From a virus (taxonomy: Duplodnaviria > Caudoviricetes), in the IMG/VR virus record IMGVR_UViG_3300046171_000010, positions 1 through 58,923 of that record: 58,923 nucleotides of DNA. One strand, 5' to 3'. Shown piece by piece: positions 8,041 to 20,600 of the stretch (its first letter is position 1; each line of letters opens with the position of its first letter). The translations under genes were made by a program, and so were the position numbers. The notes below the pieces were generated by a model. The model was not told where the DNA came from. It made no database searches and saw only the letters and a list, made by a program, of their open reading frames with translations.

Positions 8041-10721
8041 TGATAGGTAACTTCGGCCCAATTAACTTAGGTAACCTAGATTTTTCTGGGCTAGGTGGTT
8101 TTTTTGATCCTAGTAAGGTTCCTACTGCCGGAGATCTTGGTCGGTTTGGGTTAGGAGGGTTCCCCGCACCTGTTGGCGTAGCACCTCCTGTGCGTATACC
8201 CGCCCCGGCTTCTGTAGCTCCTAGACCCACACCTGTAACAAGACGCCCCTCCGCACCAACTACACCATCTCGTGCTAGTCGTGCAACGCCTAAGCCTCAA
8301 CCTGTAGTACCTGTTGGAAGGGCTTACACCTCTATAGGCCCAAATTTTGGGTCTGCTTTTGATGTTGTAGGTGGAGAAGCAACTATGTTTGGTGGCGAGA
8401 TGCCCTCGTATACACCTACTGCACCTATTGCACCACCAAACAGAGTAGGTAGACCTGTAAGCGGCGGCGAGTTTATACCTGAGACAAATTCACAGGTTGT
8501 TAAAAAACGTGTTGCACCTAAACCTGCACCAGTAACACCACCAAACAGAGTAGGTCAGCCTGTAAGTGCCGGTGAGTTTATACCCGAACCTACAGTCGTA
8601 GCGCCCAAGCCGGTAACACCTACTACGCCGGAAAGAGCGCCTACGCTACAAAAACGAATAGATGAAATTAACGCGGATGTTAAACGCAGTAATTCCACTG
8701 TGCCTGTAGTTAACGACTTATCCCAAGGCTATAGGCTTTTAGGTGGCGCGGTTGATAGCTACAAAAAGAAACTGAATGAGGGTGCAGATTACTTTGAGAT
8801 TGACAACGTTGATCGGGTAGACAGTTTCTACGATGTAGGTTTTAGAGAAATCTTACGAACCGAAAGTGGGATTCTTTCTCCTTTTGATGTTGTAGGTGGA
8901 GAAGCAACTATCGCTGGTGGCGAGATGCCTTCTGACGAAGTACGTGTTGATAGAAGGACATACTTCGACAAAGTAAAAGCCCCCGATTACCTACAAGACT
9001 TTCTATCTCCTGCTACACGAGAAGATGCTGTAGCTGCTTATTCAAGTGTTGGTGATTTACAAAAATCATCTGATATTGCATCTGCTCTTAGTGACCACTA
9101 TGGGTACGAAATAGAACCCACAGAGCAAAAGCTAGGTAGATTTGGGGGAAACCTTAAAGCGCATACAAGCTCATCTTCACAGCGTTTGGCAGAGTTTAAT
9201 TCTTTTGTAGAGCCTATCTTATCTGAACAACTACCTTACTTGCAGATAGTAGAGGGCTTTAGTTATGAAGACGCCCTACAAGAGGCTCACAAACGTGACC
9301 CAATGCTGCAAGCTCTATACGCTAAATACGACGTAACGCCTCTTAGATATGACGGTGATGGGTCTGAGTACCTATATGACCCCTTTACCTACGGTGAGAT
9401 TAGGACGTTTAAGGTAGATAAGCCTAATTTCTTTGAGAAAGTTATTAGGGTGGTGCCCGCACTATTAGCTACCGCCGTATTAGGGCCAGCAGCGGCAAGT
9501 CTTGTTGGAGCGGCAGGAGCTACAGGAGCTACGGCTACCGCATTAAGTGGTGCACTAGCAAGCGCAGGAGGGACAGCGATCACAGGTGGTGATACTAATG
9601 ACATCCTAAAGTCTGCTTTAACAGGTGGCGCGGGTGGGCTTGCGAAAGGACTTACCGCAAACGCAGCAAATTTAGCAAGCAAGGCCACTGAAGGCGCGTT
9701 TACTTTGGGTGCCGCACTACCAGACCCCGCACTATTAGAAGCCGCAAATGCCGCTGCAAAAACTGCCGATACGTTCGGCAAGGTAGTGCAAGGAGCCAAA
9801 TTTATAGACGCTGCGGTAGATGGAAACATAGCAGGCGCTGCGGTTTCTGCGTTCGGCCCCGATATTACTAAAGCAGCGATGGACAAAGCGGGGCTAGATA
9901 AAAAGTTCTTAGGTGGGTACAACATAAACCAAAACGATGCTGTTGCAGGGCTTGTTAAAACTCAGATCGAGCTAACAAAAGGCACCGATTTTGGAGATGC
10001 TATAGCTAGAGGTTTTGGTGAGTACATCATGGAAGGCGGTGCGCTAGCGCCAAACAACGTAGGTACCCCTGAGTTTATTAAAAAGATAGGCGATGTAATA
10101 AAAGAAAGCGGCAGTATGTTTGACGATGTGATCCTACAACCTGTTAAGGGCTTTGTAGAAGGCACCGTTGAGGTATTAGGTGATGTAGCAGAGCCTGTAG
10201 TTGACGTAATCGAAGATGTAGCAGGTGCGGTAGTAGATAAAGCACCACTTATAGAGGATGCAGTTAAAGCCACAGGTTCAGCGATAGAAGATGTTGTTAA
10301 GCCTATAGTCGATCCGATAATAGATGCCGCACCTGTTGTAGAGGATGCAGTTAAGGCGGTGGGTTCTACTGTGGACGACGTAATCCTACAACCAGTAAAA
10401 GAGTTAGTAGAAGACGTGATAGAGGCTGCACCTAGTGTCGATGTTGACCTACCCAAGGTTGATCTACCTAGACCTAGCGTATCTACACCTACACCTACAC
10501 CTACACAAACACCGTCACGCACCCCTTCCATCGTGCGTACTCCCGGCATTATCGAAGAGCGTGGGGCTGAATTGTTTGATCTTGGTGAGCAGCGAGGGAG
10601 AAAGGTAGACCCTGTAGCTGCATACCTAGCCAATATCACGGGTGGTATGGCAAATGGTGGTGCGGTCAGAAGTTCTTATGGTAATCTTGACGAGCTGCTA
10701 CGTATAGTCGGAGGCAAGTGA
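8040..10721 (+). CDS. Putative internal virion protein
   Basis: 893 aa with a Pro-rich N-terminus, Ala/Gly-rich hydrophobic middle, amphipathic acidic repeats and a C-terminal MANGGAV. Confidence 0.6.
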   Translation: MIGNFGPINLGNLDFSGLGGFFDPSKVPTAGDLGRFGLGGFPAPVGVAPPVRIPAPASVAPRPTPVTRRPSAPTTPSRASRATPKPQPVVPVGRAYTSIGPNFGSAFDVVGGEATMFGGEMPSYTPTAPIAPPNRVGRPVSGGEFIPETNSQVVKKRVAPKPAPVTPPNRVGQPVSAGEFIPEPTVVAPKPVTPTTPERAPTLQKRIDEINADVKRSNSTVPVVNDLSQGYRLLGGAVDSYKKKLNEGADYFEIDNVDRVDSFYDVGFREILRTESGILSPFDVVGGEATIAGGEMPSDEVRVDRRTYFDKVKAPDYLQDFLSPATREDAVAAYSSVGDLQKSSDIASALSDHYGYEIEPTEQKLGRFGGNLKAHTSSSSQRLAEFNSFVEPILSEQLPYLQIVEGFSYEDALQEAHKRDPMLQALYAKYDVTPLRYDGDGSEYLYDPFTYGEIRTFKVDKPNFFEKVIRVVPALLATAVLGPAAASLVGAAGATGATATALSGALASAGGTAITGGDTNDILKSALTGGAGGLAKGLTANAANLASKATEGAFTLGAALPDPALLEAANAAAKTADTFGKVVQGAKFIDAAVDGNIAGAAVSAFGPDITKAAMDKAGLDKKFLGGYNINQNDAVAGLVKTQIELTKGTDFGDAIARGFGEYIMEGGALAPNNVGTPEFIKKIGDVIKESGSMFDDVILQPVKGFVEGTVEVLGDVAEPVVDVIEDVAGAVVDKAPLIEDAVKATGSAIEDVVKPIVDPIIDAAPVVEDAVKAVGSTVDDVILQPVKELVEDVIEAAPSVDVDLPKVDLPRPSVSTPTPTPTQTPSRTPSIVRTPGIIEERGAELFDLGEQRGRKVDPVAAYLANITGGMANGGAVRSSYGNLDELLRIVGGK

Positions 10722-11680
10722 TGGCGGGCATATTAGATTTTCTTAATGATAAAGAAGAGTTTAACCCTCTGACTGATGACCTTGCTGCTTACATGGGTGG
10801 TGGCGGTTCTGACTATAGTTTTGATGTCACAGATTACATGGGCGATTACGACCCATTAGAAGACAACCTTGCTGACTTTTTTGGTGGTGACTCTAAGTCT
10901 GACAAAGACGGGTTTAACACAGATTTTCTTGATGATATTTTTGGCACGGATGGAGGCTTTAGTGACGATATTTTTAGCAATACTTCTAACCTAGAAGCCC
11001 TTTTAGCAGCCGCACAGAGCGGCTCTAAAGAAGACAAACCAAATGCTTTTCAAAATCTATTAGGTGCATTTCTCCCGCAAGGTAAAGGATCTGGCGGTGC
11101 TGGCGGGTTACTTGAGCTACTAGGCCCACTAGCCCTAACCAGTTTCTTAAAAGACCGTGGTGCATTTGATCCTGATATAGCACCTGTTGGCTACCAAGGC
11201 AGCATTCCCGAATACACCGCAATACGAGAACAAGTTACAGGTAGAGACGATACAGACCGTCGCCCCGGCAGTGGTGGCAGACGCTATTTCTCTGACACCA
11301 TGTACGCCAAGAAACCTGAAGGGCAGCAGCCTATGTCTGTTGAAGAGGCTCAAGCTAAAGCCAAGGCACAGGCAGCAGGGTTTATGGAAGGCGGTTCAGT
11401 GCTACAAGGCGGGGGTTACCTAGAGGGTGTTTCTGACGGACAAGCAGATCTTATACCCGCCGATATAGATGGCGTACAAGAAGCACGATTAAGTCACGGT
11501 GAGTATGTGTTGCCTGCCGATTTGGTAGCCATACTGGGCAATGGTAACTCTGATGCAGGTGCCGCAGCACTGGACGATTTTATGTCCACAGTACGTAAGA
11601 AAGCCACAGGCACGCCGAAACAACAGAAAAACATCGACGCAGATCAAGTGCTTGCGATGTTATCCAAGAGGATGGCGTAG
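10718..11680 (+). CDS. Putative internal virion protein
   Basis: FMEGGSV followed by the DGQADLIPA...ARLSHGEYVLPADLV motif seen in phage virion proteins. Confidence 0.6.
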   Translation: MMAGILDFLNDKEEFNPLTDDLAAYMGGGGSDYSFDVTDYMGDYDPLEDNLADFFGGDSKSDKDGFNTDFLDDIFGTDGGFSDDIFSNTSNLEALLAAAQSGSKEDKPNAFQNLLGAFLPQGKGSGGAGGLLELLGPLALTSFLKDRGAFDPDIAPVGYQGSIPEYTAIREQVTGRDDTDRRPGSGGRRYFSDTMYAKKPEGQQPMSVEEAQAKAKAQAAGFMEGGSVLQGGGYLEGVSDGQADLIPADIDGVQEARLSHGEYVLPADLVAILGNGNSDAGAAALDDFMSTVRKKATGTPKQQKNIDADQVLAMLSKRMA

Positions 11681-11683
11681 ACT

Positions 11684-12820
11684 ATGAGTGGACTTGAAAC
11701 AGTAGTAGATCCCAACAGCCCCGTAGGGGAACTTTCTGGGACTAATCAAGGGTTGTCCGAATTTGCTGGCCCCTATGTCGGTGAGATGCTTGGTAAAGCA
11801 AAAGCACTTGCTGATACGCCCTATCAAGCCTACGGTGGCCCACTTACTGCCGGTGCTAGCGGCCTACAAGATATGGCTTTTGCTGGCTACGCTGGTTTAG
11901 ATCCCAACCAACAAACGGGCATAGGTTCTTTTGGCGGCGACATGACCGCTGGTGGCACATTTGGTTTTGGTAGTGCAGCGGGTCAAGGATACTCACCGGG
12001 GTTTACCGCTGGTTCTGCCGATTTATCTGGCATGCAAGCAGGTAGTTTTACTGGGCAAGCTGCACAACAGTACATGAACCCCTACCTACAAGCTGCATTA
12101 GAACCACAACTGCGCGAAGCCTCTAGGCAGGCAGAAATGCAACGTATTGCAGATGCAGGTCGATTGTCTCGTGCAGGTGCTTTTGGTGGATCTCGTCAAG
12201 CTATTATGGAAGCAGAGGGCGGGCGTAACTTAGGGCAACAACTTGCCGATATTACCGGCAGGGGCTATTCCGAAGCATTTAGTCAGGCACAACAACAATT
12301 CAATACTGAACAAGACATGCGTCAGCGTATTGCTGAAGTCGGCTTAGATCAGTTTAACAAAGAACAAGCTGGCCTACGTACTGATGAAGCTGCACGTCGT
12401 GGTCAGTTTAACGTAGAAGCTGGGCGACTCTCCGAGTTTGATGAACGCCGTAGGACACAGTTTAACGAAGAGCAACGTCGAGAGATAGAACGACAAGAGC
12501 GAGAACGTGAGCAGTTTAACGAACAAGAACGCCGCAGGATCGCAGCAGAGGAAGCTGACCGTCGATACGGCCTAAGTGCACTACGTGATATGCGTGGTGC
12601 TGGACAAGAACAACGAGGTATTGAGCAAGAAGGCATTACCGCTGATTACTTGCAGTACCAACAAGAACAACAGTATCCATACGAACAGCTACAGTTTATG
12701 CAATCTATGCTACAAGGTCTGCCAATTACTGCCACATCTCGTCAGTTTGTTGAACCCGGAGGGTTCCAAGACTTATCTGGTGGTTTAGGCGGGCTTCTCG
12801 CACTACTGCGCGGTACTTAA
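11684..12820 (+). CDS. Putative DNA ejection/pilot protein
   Basis: Gln/Gly-rich, with YMNPY, GAFGGSR and QYPYEQLQF motifs and QFN repeats. Confidence 0.65.
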   Translation: MSGLETVVDPNSPVGELSGTNQGLSEFAGPYVGEMLGKAKALADTPYQAYGGPLTAGASGLQDMAFAGYAGLDPNQQTGIGSFGGDMTAGGTFGFGSAAGQGYSPGFTAGSADLSGMQAGSFTGQAAQQYMNPYLQAALEPQLREASRQAEMQRIADAGRLSRAGAFGGSRQAIMEAEGGRNLGQQLADITGRGYSEAFSQAQQQFNTEQDMRQRIAEVGLDQFNKEQAGLRTDEAARRGQFNVEAGRLSEFDERRRTQFNEEQRREIERQEREREQFNEQERRRIAAEEADRRYGLSALRDMRGAGQEQRGIEQEGITADYLQYQQEQQYPYEQLQFMQSMLQGLPITATSRQFVEPGGFQDLSGGLGGLLALLRGT

Positions 12821-12822
12821 TT

Positions 12823-14652
12823 ATGCTAGACAATCCTCTCAGTCAAATCGAACGCACGAAAGACGCTTATATGGGTAGACCCCAAGAGCTGCAAAAACGT
12901 GCCAACATGACCAAAGAACTGGTCGATTTGCTTGCTATGCAGCAACTCAAAAAAGACCTTGATGCAGTGAAGCGCAACCAAGCCATGCAAGCGCAAGGCA
13001 ACCCTGCGACGATCAAAGATCAAATGCAGCAGGGGCTTATGGGCGAGTACCGCCAACAAGCTGCCAAAGAAATGGGCGTAGGCCCAAGCGAAATGGACAC
13101 TGTAAATCGTGCACAACAAGGCATCTCTCAAGGTGGCCCACGTATGCCACAGGGCGCTCCACAACAGATGCCACAGCAGGCACAAGGTGTTATGAGCCAA
13201 GCACGTCCAGTGCAGCTAGCTGGCGGCGGTATTGTCGCGTTTAGTAAAGCTGGAAGTGTGCAAGTGCCAGAAGGGCTAGGCTCAGATGAACTAGCTGACT
13301 TCTTACGATCTACTCTTAGAAAACAGGGGGGTAGTGCTAATTATCAAGCATTAGAGTTCAAACGTCTTATGGGTGAGGGGGGCTTTGACCCGTTAGGTAG
13401 ACCTCTCGAAGAAGAAAAAACAGATCCACAAGGCTCATCAGGTACAAGACGTAGAAGAGCAAGAGCAGGTTTACCTCAACTAACGGCAGGCAACGCAACA
13501 ACGCCTAAAAGCCCTAATACTTTGGGCCTAAATGCACAAATAGACGCTGAATATGAAAAGCAAGGTATAGCAAGACCTAGATATGCGCCCGCACCTAATG
13601 TAGCTCAACGACAAGAAGAGTTTGAAACACGTAGAAGTGAGGCACAGCAAAGGGCTGAACAACGTGAGAAAGAAAAGTATGAAGCTAGCATGCAAGGGCA
13701 GCTTGATGCGGTAAGAACCTCCGGCATCGCTGCGGGTATATCTCCTTACCAGTTAGATGAAACACAACGAACCCAAGCGGAAAGCGAGCTAGAGCTAGAT
13801 GCTGACAAGAGAGGACTTGCTGCTGTAGAACGCATAAGAGGTCTGTCAAAGATGGGCGAAAACGAAAAGCTGCTTGAAAACATGCAGAAGCGTGTACAGG
13901 CAACTTATGATGAAACCGCCCCATCACGTAGAGATAACCTTATAGATTTACTTACCGCTGGTGGTAGAGGTGGTATTACTGGTGTAGGTGTACGTGATAG
14001 GCAACTACGTGACGCTGCGACAGAACGTCGTAGACAGTTAGATCAAGATGTAATGGGTATTCAAGCAACTACCATAGAGCTTAATCGCAACTTTGGTGCC
14101 GATGCCGCGAAAGCATATGCTGATGCAGAAGCCAATGTAATTGCACAGAAGCAAAACGCACGTAACTTCCTACAGAACGCTGAACAGGCAGAAGTAGCGA
14201 GCTTGATGGACAAAGCACGTCTAACGATGGACGAGCAGCAAAATGTACGTCAGTTGTTTAGTGACCAAGAACGCAATCGACTACTAGCAGAACAAATAAC
14301 CGGCGACAACATGCGAGCACTAGCCAAAGATGTGTCTACTGCAAAAGCTAGAGTTCTTGAGGCACGCAGCAAAATCTTTGAATCAGTGCGGTTACAAAGT
14401 AGATATAATGACCTTGACACGTTAGACCCATCAGATTCTGATGACGCACGTAAGAAAAAACTATTAGAAGACGAATTAGCCGCTGAAGTAGCAGCGCGAG
14501 CAGCCGACTTAGATAAACTTGGGGACGAGTTAACTGTTCGGCAACTTAAGTTAGATCAAGCGCGACAAGCGCAACAGGAGCGGCTAACTCCCCGCGAAGA
14601 AATTACACTTTCTCCTGAAGCTCAGAAGGCTATGGCAAGCGCCGGAGGCTAA
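12823..14652 (+). CDS. Putative internal virion protein
   Basis: Helical and Gln-rich with an LAGGGIVAF motif, located in the ejection cluster. Confidence 0.6.
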   Translation: MLDNPLSQIERTKDAYMGRPQELQKRANMTKELVDLLAMQQLKKDLDAVKRNQAMQAQGNPATIKDQMQQGLMGEYRQQAAKEMGVGPSEMDTVNRAQQGISQGGPRMPQGAPQQMPQQAQGVMSQARPVQLAGGGIVAFSKAGSVQVPEGLGSDELADFLRSTLRKQGGSANYQALEFKRLMGEGGFDPLGRPLEEEKTDPQGSSGTRRRRARAGLPQLTAGNATTPKSPNTLGLNAQIDAEYEKQGIARPRYAPAPNVAQRQEEFETRRSEAQQRAEQREKEKYEASMQGQLDAVRTSGIAAGISPYQLDETQRTQAESELELDADKRGLAAVERIRGLSKMGENEKLLENMQKRVQATYDETAPSRRDNLIDLLTAGGRGGITGVGVRDRQLRDAATERRRQLDQDVMGIQATTIELNRNFGADAAKAYADAEANVIAQKQNARNFLQNAEQAEVASLMDKARLTMDEQQNVRQLFSDQERNRLLAEQITGDNMRALAKDVSTAKARVLEARSKIFESVRLQSRYNDLDTLDPSDSDDARKKKLLEDELAAEVAARAADLDKLGDELTVRQLKLDQARQAQQERLTPREEITLSPEAQKAMASAGG

Positions 14653-14656
14653 TTAA

Positions 14657-17600
14657 ATGGCAACAGTAGCGCAGGCTAGAAAAGCCATAGAGGTGTTAGA
14701 AGCTCGCGGCGATATAGCCGGAGCCGCTGCTATTCGAAGGGATCTGAGTGCTGCCGGACTATCTGCTAGCACTACAGACTTTGAAGCGCAGGTTGCCGCA
14801 GAACGCCAGCAAAGGCGTGAACGAGAAAAACAACTCCGACAAGAAAGCCTAGAACGCCGTACCGAACTAGCTGAACTCGAACGCGGTTCACTTGCTAGAG
14901 GCATAGACATCGGCACCGATATTATAGGGCAGGCCACAGGCTCTACTCTTGAAGGTATTGGTGGGGTGCTTGGGCTAGAAGGGCTTGAGCAATACGGCGC
15001 TGAAGTCGCTCTTGAAAATGAAGCAGACGCACAGCGCAAAGCACGGTTCCAAACCAGATTCGACGATATTGGTGGTATCGGAGACTTTGGATCTTATCTT
15101 GGCGGTATAGCCGCAGAAAGCGCACCACAGATGGGTGCAACCCTTGCTGGTGGTATAACAGGCGCAAAACTTGGCGCTACTCTTGGCCCGATAGGTGCGG
15201 GTCTGGGAGCGTTGGTAGGCGGTGTTGCTGCTAGCCTACCGTTTTTCTATGGTATGAACCGCGAAAGACAAAAAGAAGCTATAGACCAAGGGCTAAAAAC
15301 CGAAATAGACGAAGGTGCAGCAGCGTTAACTGCCATTCCACAAGCCACACTCGATGCCATTCTTGGGCGTTTGTTTGTCGGTAAGCTAGGTCTTACGAAC
15401 CGCGCAGTAGGCGGTGGCGGTATATTTACCCGTGGTGTTAAAGGAACTGCGGCTGGTGCCGTAATAGAAGCACCTACAGAACTGGGGCAGCAAGTCTTAG
15501 AACGTGCACAAGCTGGGCTACCTCTAACCAGTGAAGATGCTATCGCAGAGTACCGTGAAGCAGCTATAGCTGGTGGTCTGTTAGGTGGTTCTATACGAGG
15601 TACCGCTACTGTAGCTGGTGGCGATGTCGCCGCTAGAGAAGACGCACAGAAAGCAAAAGAAGAAAGAGACGCTGCTGCCAGACGCGCCGAAATCGAAGCT
15701 ACACTAGCTGAAGAAACTGCTACTGAAACAGAAGCAGCGGAACGACAAGCAGAAGTAGAACGCCGCATACGAGAAGGCGAACCCGAACCCGCTGCTATCA
15801 CTAGACCCGCACCTCCTGTCGTAGAGACCACGACGGAAGAAGATGCTACTGGCTTAACCGCGAAGTTCTTTGACGACATAGGGTTTAATGAAGAGGCAGA
15901 GGTACGTAAAGAACTTGTAGGTGAAAGCCTCACAAATCCCGCTACTCGAAATGCGTTGAGAAGGGCCGCTGCTAAGATTCGTAGTGAAGAAAAGCAAAAT
16001 GTGCAGGCTAATCTGGAAAAAGCATTTAGCGAACAAGAGATAGTTTCTGAAACCGTATTTGAGCGCGAGGATCAGCCGACTGAGACAACCACGCAGACGC
16101 GGGCAGAGTTTGAAGCTGCCGTTGAGGAAGCCCAACAAGAGGCCGACGCCGCCCCAACCACCCTAACTGCAAAGTTCTTCGACGACATGGGGTTCGGTAA
16201 AACAGCGAAGATACGTAAAGAACTTACAGGTAAAGACCTTACAGACTCAGATGTTCGGGATGAGCTAAGAAGAGCCGCTGCCAAGACTCGTAGCGAAAAG
16301 AAGCTAGAAATACAGACTAATCTGGAAGAAGCATTCAAGAAACAAGAGGCAGCAGATGACCAGCAACGTGATATACCTACCGATACCGAAGGAGAGTCTG
16401 TCGCAACAGGAAGTGGAGCAGGCACTGCGGTTGATCTACAGGGCGTGGGAGTCACAGCAAGCGGTCAAGATTCCGTGGCAACTGATGCACTTGACGGAAC
16501 AACAGTGGGAGGTGTTGGAAGAGGCGTTGGACGACCTGTTACTGGAGCAGACGGACAGTCAGATACATTAACAGAGCAAAATGTAGATGAACTTCAAAAT
16601 GAGTTTACAAAACTTTTTAACATCGTTGACAGAACTCCCGAACAAGAAGCTAAACTTTTAGAGATAATTTCTGTAGCTAGAGCAGAGTTTGCCCAGCGTC
16701 AAAAGCCACCCGAAGGTACGCGAGAAGCAAGTTTAGAGCTTGAAGAAGGGGCAGCTACAGAAGAGCAGGCAGCGATAGACGCGGAGACAGAAGCAGAAGC
16801 TAACGAGATTCTTGACTACATACAAAAGCGCCGTACAGAAGAGGACGAGTTTAAGCCCACATCTGCGAAGATAGCTCCGTCATTAGCTGACCCTAATAAC
16901 GTAAGAACGCAACAGATACGCGAGTTTCATGCGGACAGGGTGGCAGAAGCAAAAGAAGATGGTGTAGAGCCTCCTACACTGGCGCAGTCAAGGGACGAGT
17001 TTACGGTACAGGAAGGCTTAGACCCTAATGTACGTAGGGTAGAAGGTACTCGCTACTCTGCCGTAGGCGATGCGGGTTTTGTAATAAACGAAGACGTAGC
17101 CGCAGGTAAAATGACAGAGCAGGAGCATGTCGCTGAATCTGACAGACTGCTAAGGGAAACAAAGGGTGGCACTCTAATTGATGCCGTCAAGAACATAACG
17201 CGCAATGCTAATAATCCGTTTGAACGGTTAATAGCGACTAATGTGTCCAAGCTGATGCAGCGCATGATAGATATGGGTTACAAATTTGAGTACAACGTCC
17301 AAGAGTTAGATTATAACAATGTAACTATAAACGGGATTAAAGGCGCTAGAGGACTAGCAAGTATTCGGAACGGCGCTATGCGGGTGTCAATTGCGCGTAC
17401 AAAAGACCCTTTGGCCCTAAACAATGGGCTTACTCATAAGACGGTACTACACGAAGCAATACATGCGGTGACTCGCCAGCTCATATCCGCAGGTAATAAA
17501 CGTTCGTTTCCAGAGGGCACTAAGTTAAGAAAAGACGTTACCGATCTGTATGACTTGACCAATGCAGTAAGAAGGTACTTCAAGGGGCGCTTGAGAGATG

Positions 17601-20600
17601 TCCGTGAAGGGCGAATGGCTGAAGAAGATCTATTGGCAGTTGAGCGAAGCATACTCAGAAAAAACGCATTGGATAATCCCGATGAAATTCTTGCGTGGAC
17701 GCTCACAGACAGAGAAGTGCAAGAATTCATGGACACTGTTCCCTACGACACACGAACTGGGGATATAGGCACTGAAGGTAAAGGCACGATAACGTTGTGG
17801 GAAGCCCTCGTAAACGCACTACGTAAGCTGTTAAACCTGCCACCTAAAGACAACACCGCCCTGAACGAACTGCTACGAGTGCAGAACAACTTACTTGCAC
17901 CTGACACAGCGGACATACAAACAGCAGGGAAACTAGAAGGTCTGCTACCTAGATTCTCACAGATTGACGACAACCCCGCTCTGGTTAGTAGGCCAGAAAA
18001 GATGGCATCTCAAGTCTTAGACGGTGGCTTGAGGAGTGTCCCCGTACTTACCTCTAAGGGCGTACAGCGAGTACGGGACGTTGTTTCCGACTCTTCACTA
18101 GCAGATTCAGCCAAGAGCTTTGCCCTAAGCATCCTCAGTCTCAACGGCCTAGAGATGGTCGCCAAGAAGTACGTACCTAAGATTAGCAAGGTCAGAGACC
18201 TAGTGTTGCGAGAGGGTGGGCGACTGCAAGAAATCAAGCGTCCTGTGGACGCAACCATCAGTAGGATTTCTGCCTTCGCTAAAGACAACAAAGACAAGGT
18301 AGATGTCCTCAACAGGATCATGCCGTATAGCTCTCTAGTCGGCGTAGACCCGTCTAAAGACAGAAAGACGTATGAAGAAGACGCTGACAAGTTAGCCGAA
18401 TACGATGCTATGCACGCCAAGGATGGTGACTGGACTGCATTGGGTGAAGACGGGCAGAAGATCTATAAGATCGTTCGCAACACATACAAAGGTCTGTACG
18501 ACGAAGTAGCTAAAGTAATAAAGGTGCGCTTAGATGCTACAGACCTAGACCCAAAGAAACGTAAGAACGTCTACGATGAACTGATTAACAAGTTATACAA
18601 AAACGTAACGATTGACCCTTACTTTCCCTTAATACGTGAAGGTTCATACAGACTAGAGTACACAGCTACTGACCCCAAAACAGGTCAGGCAGAATACTTC
18701 ACAGAGTCGTTCGAGACTAAGCGTGAACGTCGAGAAGCTATGGCAGAACTAGAAGCTATGGCGGACGAAATAAGTCTCAAGGACTTACAACCGTTTGAGG
18801 GGGACACTTCACCTAGCTACAACAATGCTCCCTCTGGGTCATTTGTAAACAATGTGCTTGGGGTGTTAAGTGCAAACAAGGTAGAAGCGGGCGTACAAGA
18901 CGAGATCATAAAACTGTTTTTGGACACACTGCCAGAACGATCATTTGCACAGTCATTCAGACGCCGTGAAGGCTACCGTGGTTTCGTAGGTGACCCCGCA
19001 AATCTGCGAGACGCCAAGTATCCTAGCCACGACATGGTACGTGCGTTACGTATCAGGACTGCTTCTGTGGCACGACAAATTGTGCGTATGGAGTTCGGGG
19101 CAGAATTTTCAAAGGTGCAAGCAGAGTTAAAAGAAGACTACAAAACCTATAACAAAAACCCAGATGTACCTGAAGGCGATAAGCAGGCGGCAAGGCAGTA
19201 CCTCGAAGAAATAGAGAAGCGAATCGCCTTCGCTAAAAACCCCGATGTAGAGGACTGGGCCAAGAACCTCACTACATTCGGTTTTGCTATGACTCTTGGC
19301 CTTAACCTGTCATCTGTACTGGTCAACTTCTCCCAGATACCTATGGTCATTGCACCGCACCTAGCCAGCACTCAAGGAGATGACGGCGAATACTTCGGTT
19401 ACAGCGATACGCTGAGTGCCATAGGCGAAGCGGTAAGGCTGTTTAAGAACGCAGGCAAAACTGACGAGAACATTAAATACTTGCCGTTCATCAAAAGGCG
19501 TGAAGCTCCAGTTGAGGCGGTGGGGCCAGACGGTACCGAGCAAACTATGGTTCCTGCTGCACCGTCTATAGATAACTACGATTTTAATGCCGAAGGTATA
19601 CCGCCAGAGATAAAAGAGTTTGAGATTCTAGCTAAAGTGGCTGAAGAAAAAGGCCAGCTAAACAGATCCATCATGTACGACACACTAGACATGGAGGAGA
19701 TTGACAGCGTACGAGGAAAGATTGGCGCAGTCTCCGGGTTCATGTTTCATCATGGTGAGCGTATGACACGTCAGGTGGGGCTTGCTGCGGCGTTCCGTTT
19801 GAAAGTGGACTCCATGAAGCGTGCCAACAACAACTTGTCTAAAGCGGACTTCAAGGCTTTGTCAGCCGAAGAGAAGGCTAACCTCAAGTTGAGTGAAGCC
19901 GAGTACCGCGAAGCTGCTGACTTTGCTATCTACGAAGTAGAGCTTACTAACGGTGGTACCGCCGCTGCCTCTGCACCGAGAATAGGTCAGAAAAACATCG
20001 GCAAAGTCGCTTTCTTGTATAAGCGATACGGTGTACAGATGATGGAGCTTCTATACAAGCTAGGCATAGGTTCCATACGAGGCACGCCAGCAGAAAAAGC
20101 ACAGGCACGTAGGCAACTGGCTGGTGTGTTTGGTGGTTCGATGCTGGTTGCAGGTGCTCAAGGTCTGCCGATGTACGGCGTGGCTGCTATGGTCTATGAC
20201 ATGTTTAAGGGTGATGAAGACGAAGATTTTGACACCGTAGTTCGTAAAACTATGGGAGAAGAACTGTTCAGTGGTATGGGTAACGCCGTACTCGGCGTAG
20301 ACGTTGCGAGTCGTATGGGCTTGTCTGACCTAGTGTTTCGAGACCGGCTTATCGAAAAAGACCAGCCGTTCTTATTTGATCTAATAGAAACCCTCGGTGG
20401 CCCTGTAGTCGGCGTGTCAATGCAGATGGAGCGAGGCTACGACAAAGCTATCGGTCAGGGAGAGCTTGCTAGGGGGGTAGAAGCAATGTCTCCCGCTGCT
20501 ATTCGCAACGTACTGAAGACGGTGCGGTTCTACGAAGAGGGCGCTAGAACTCAACGCGGCGATGCCATTGTAGATGATATATCCGCACCTCTGCTTGTCA

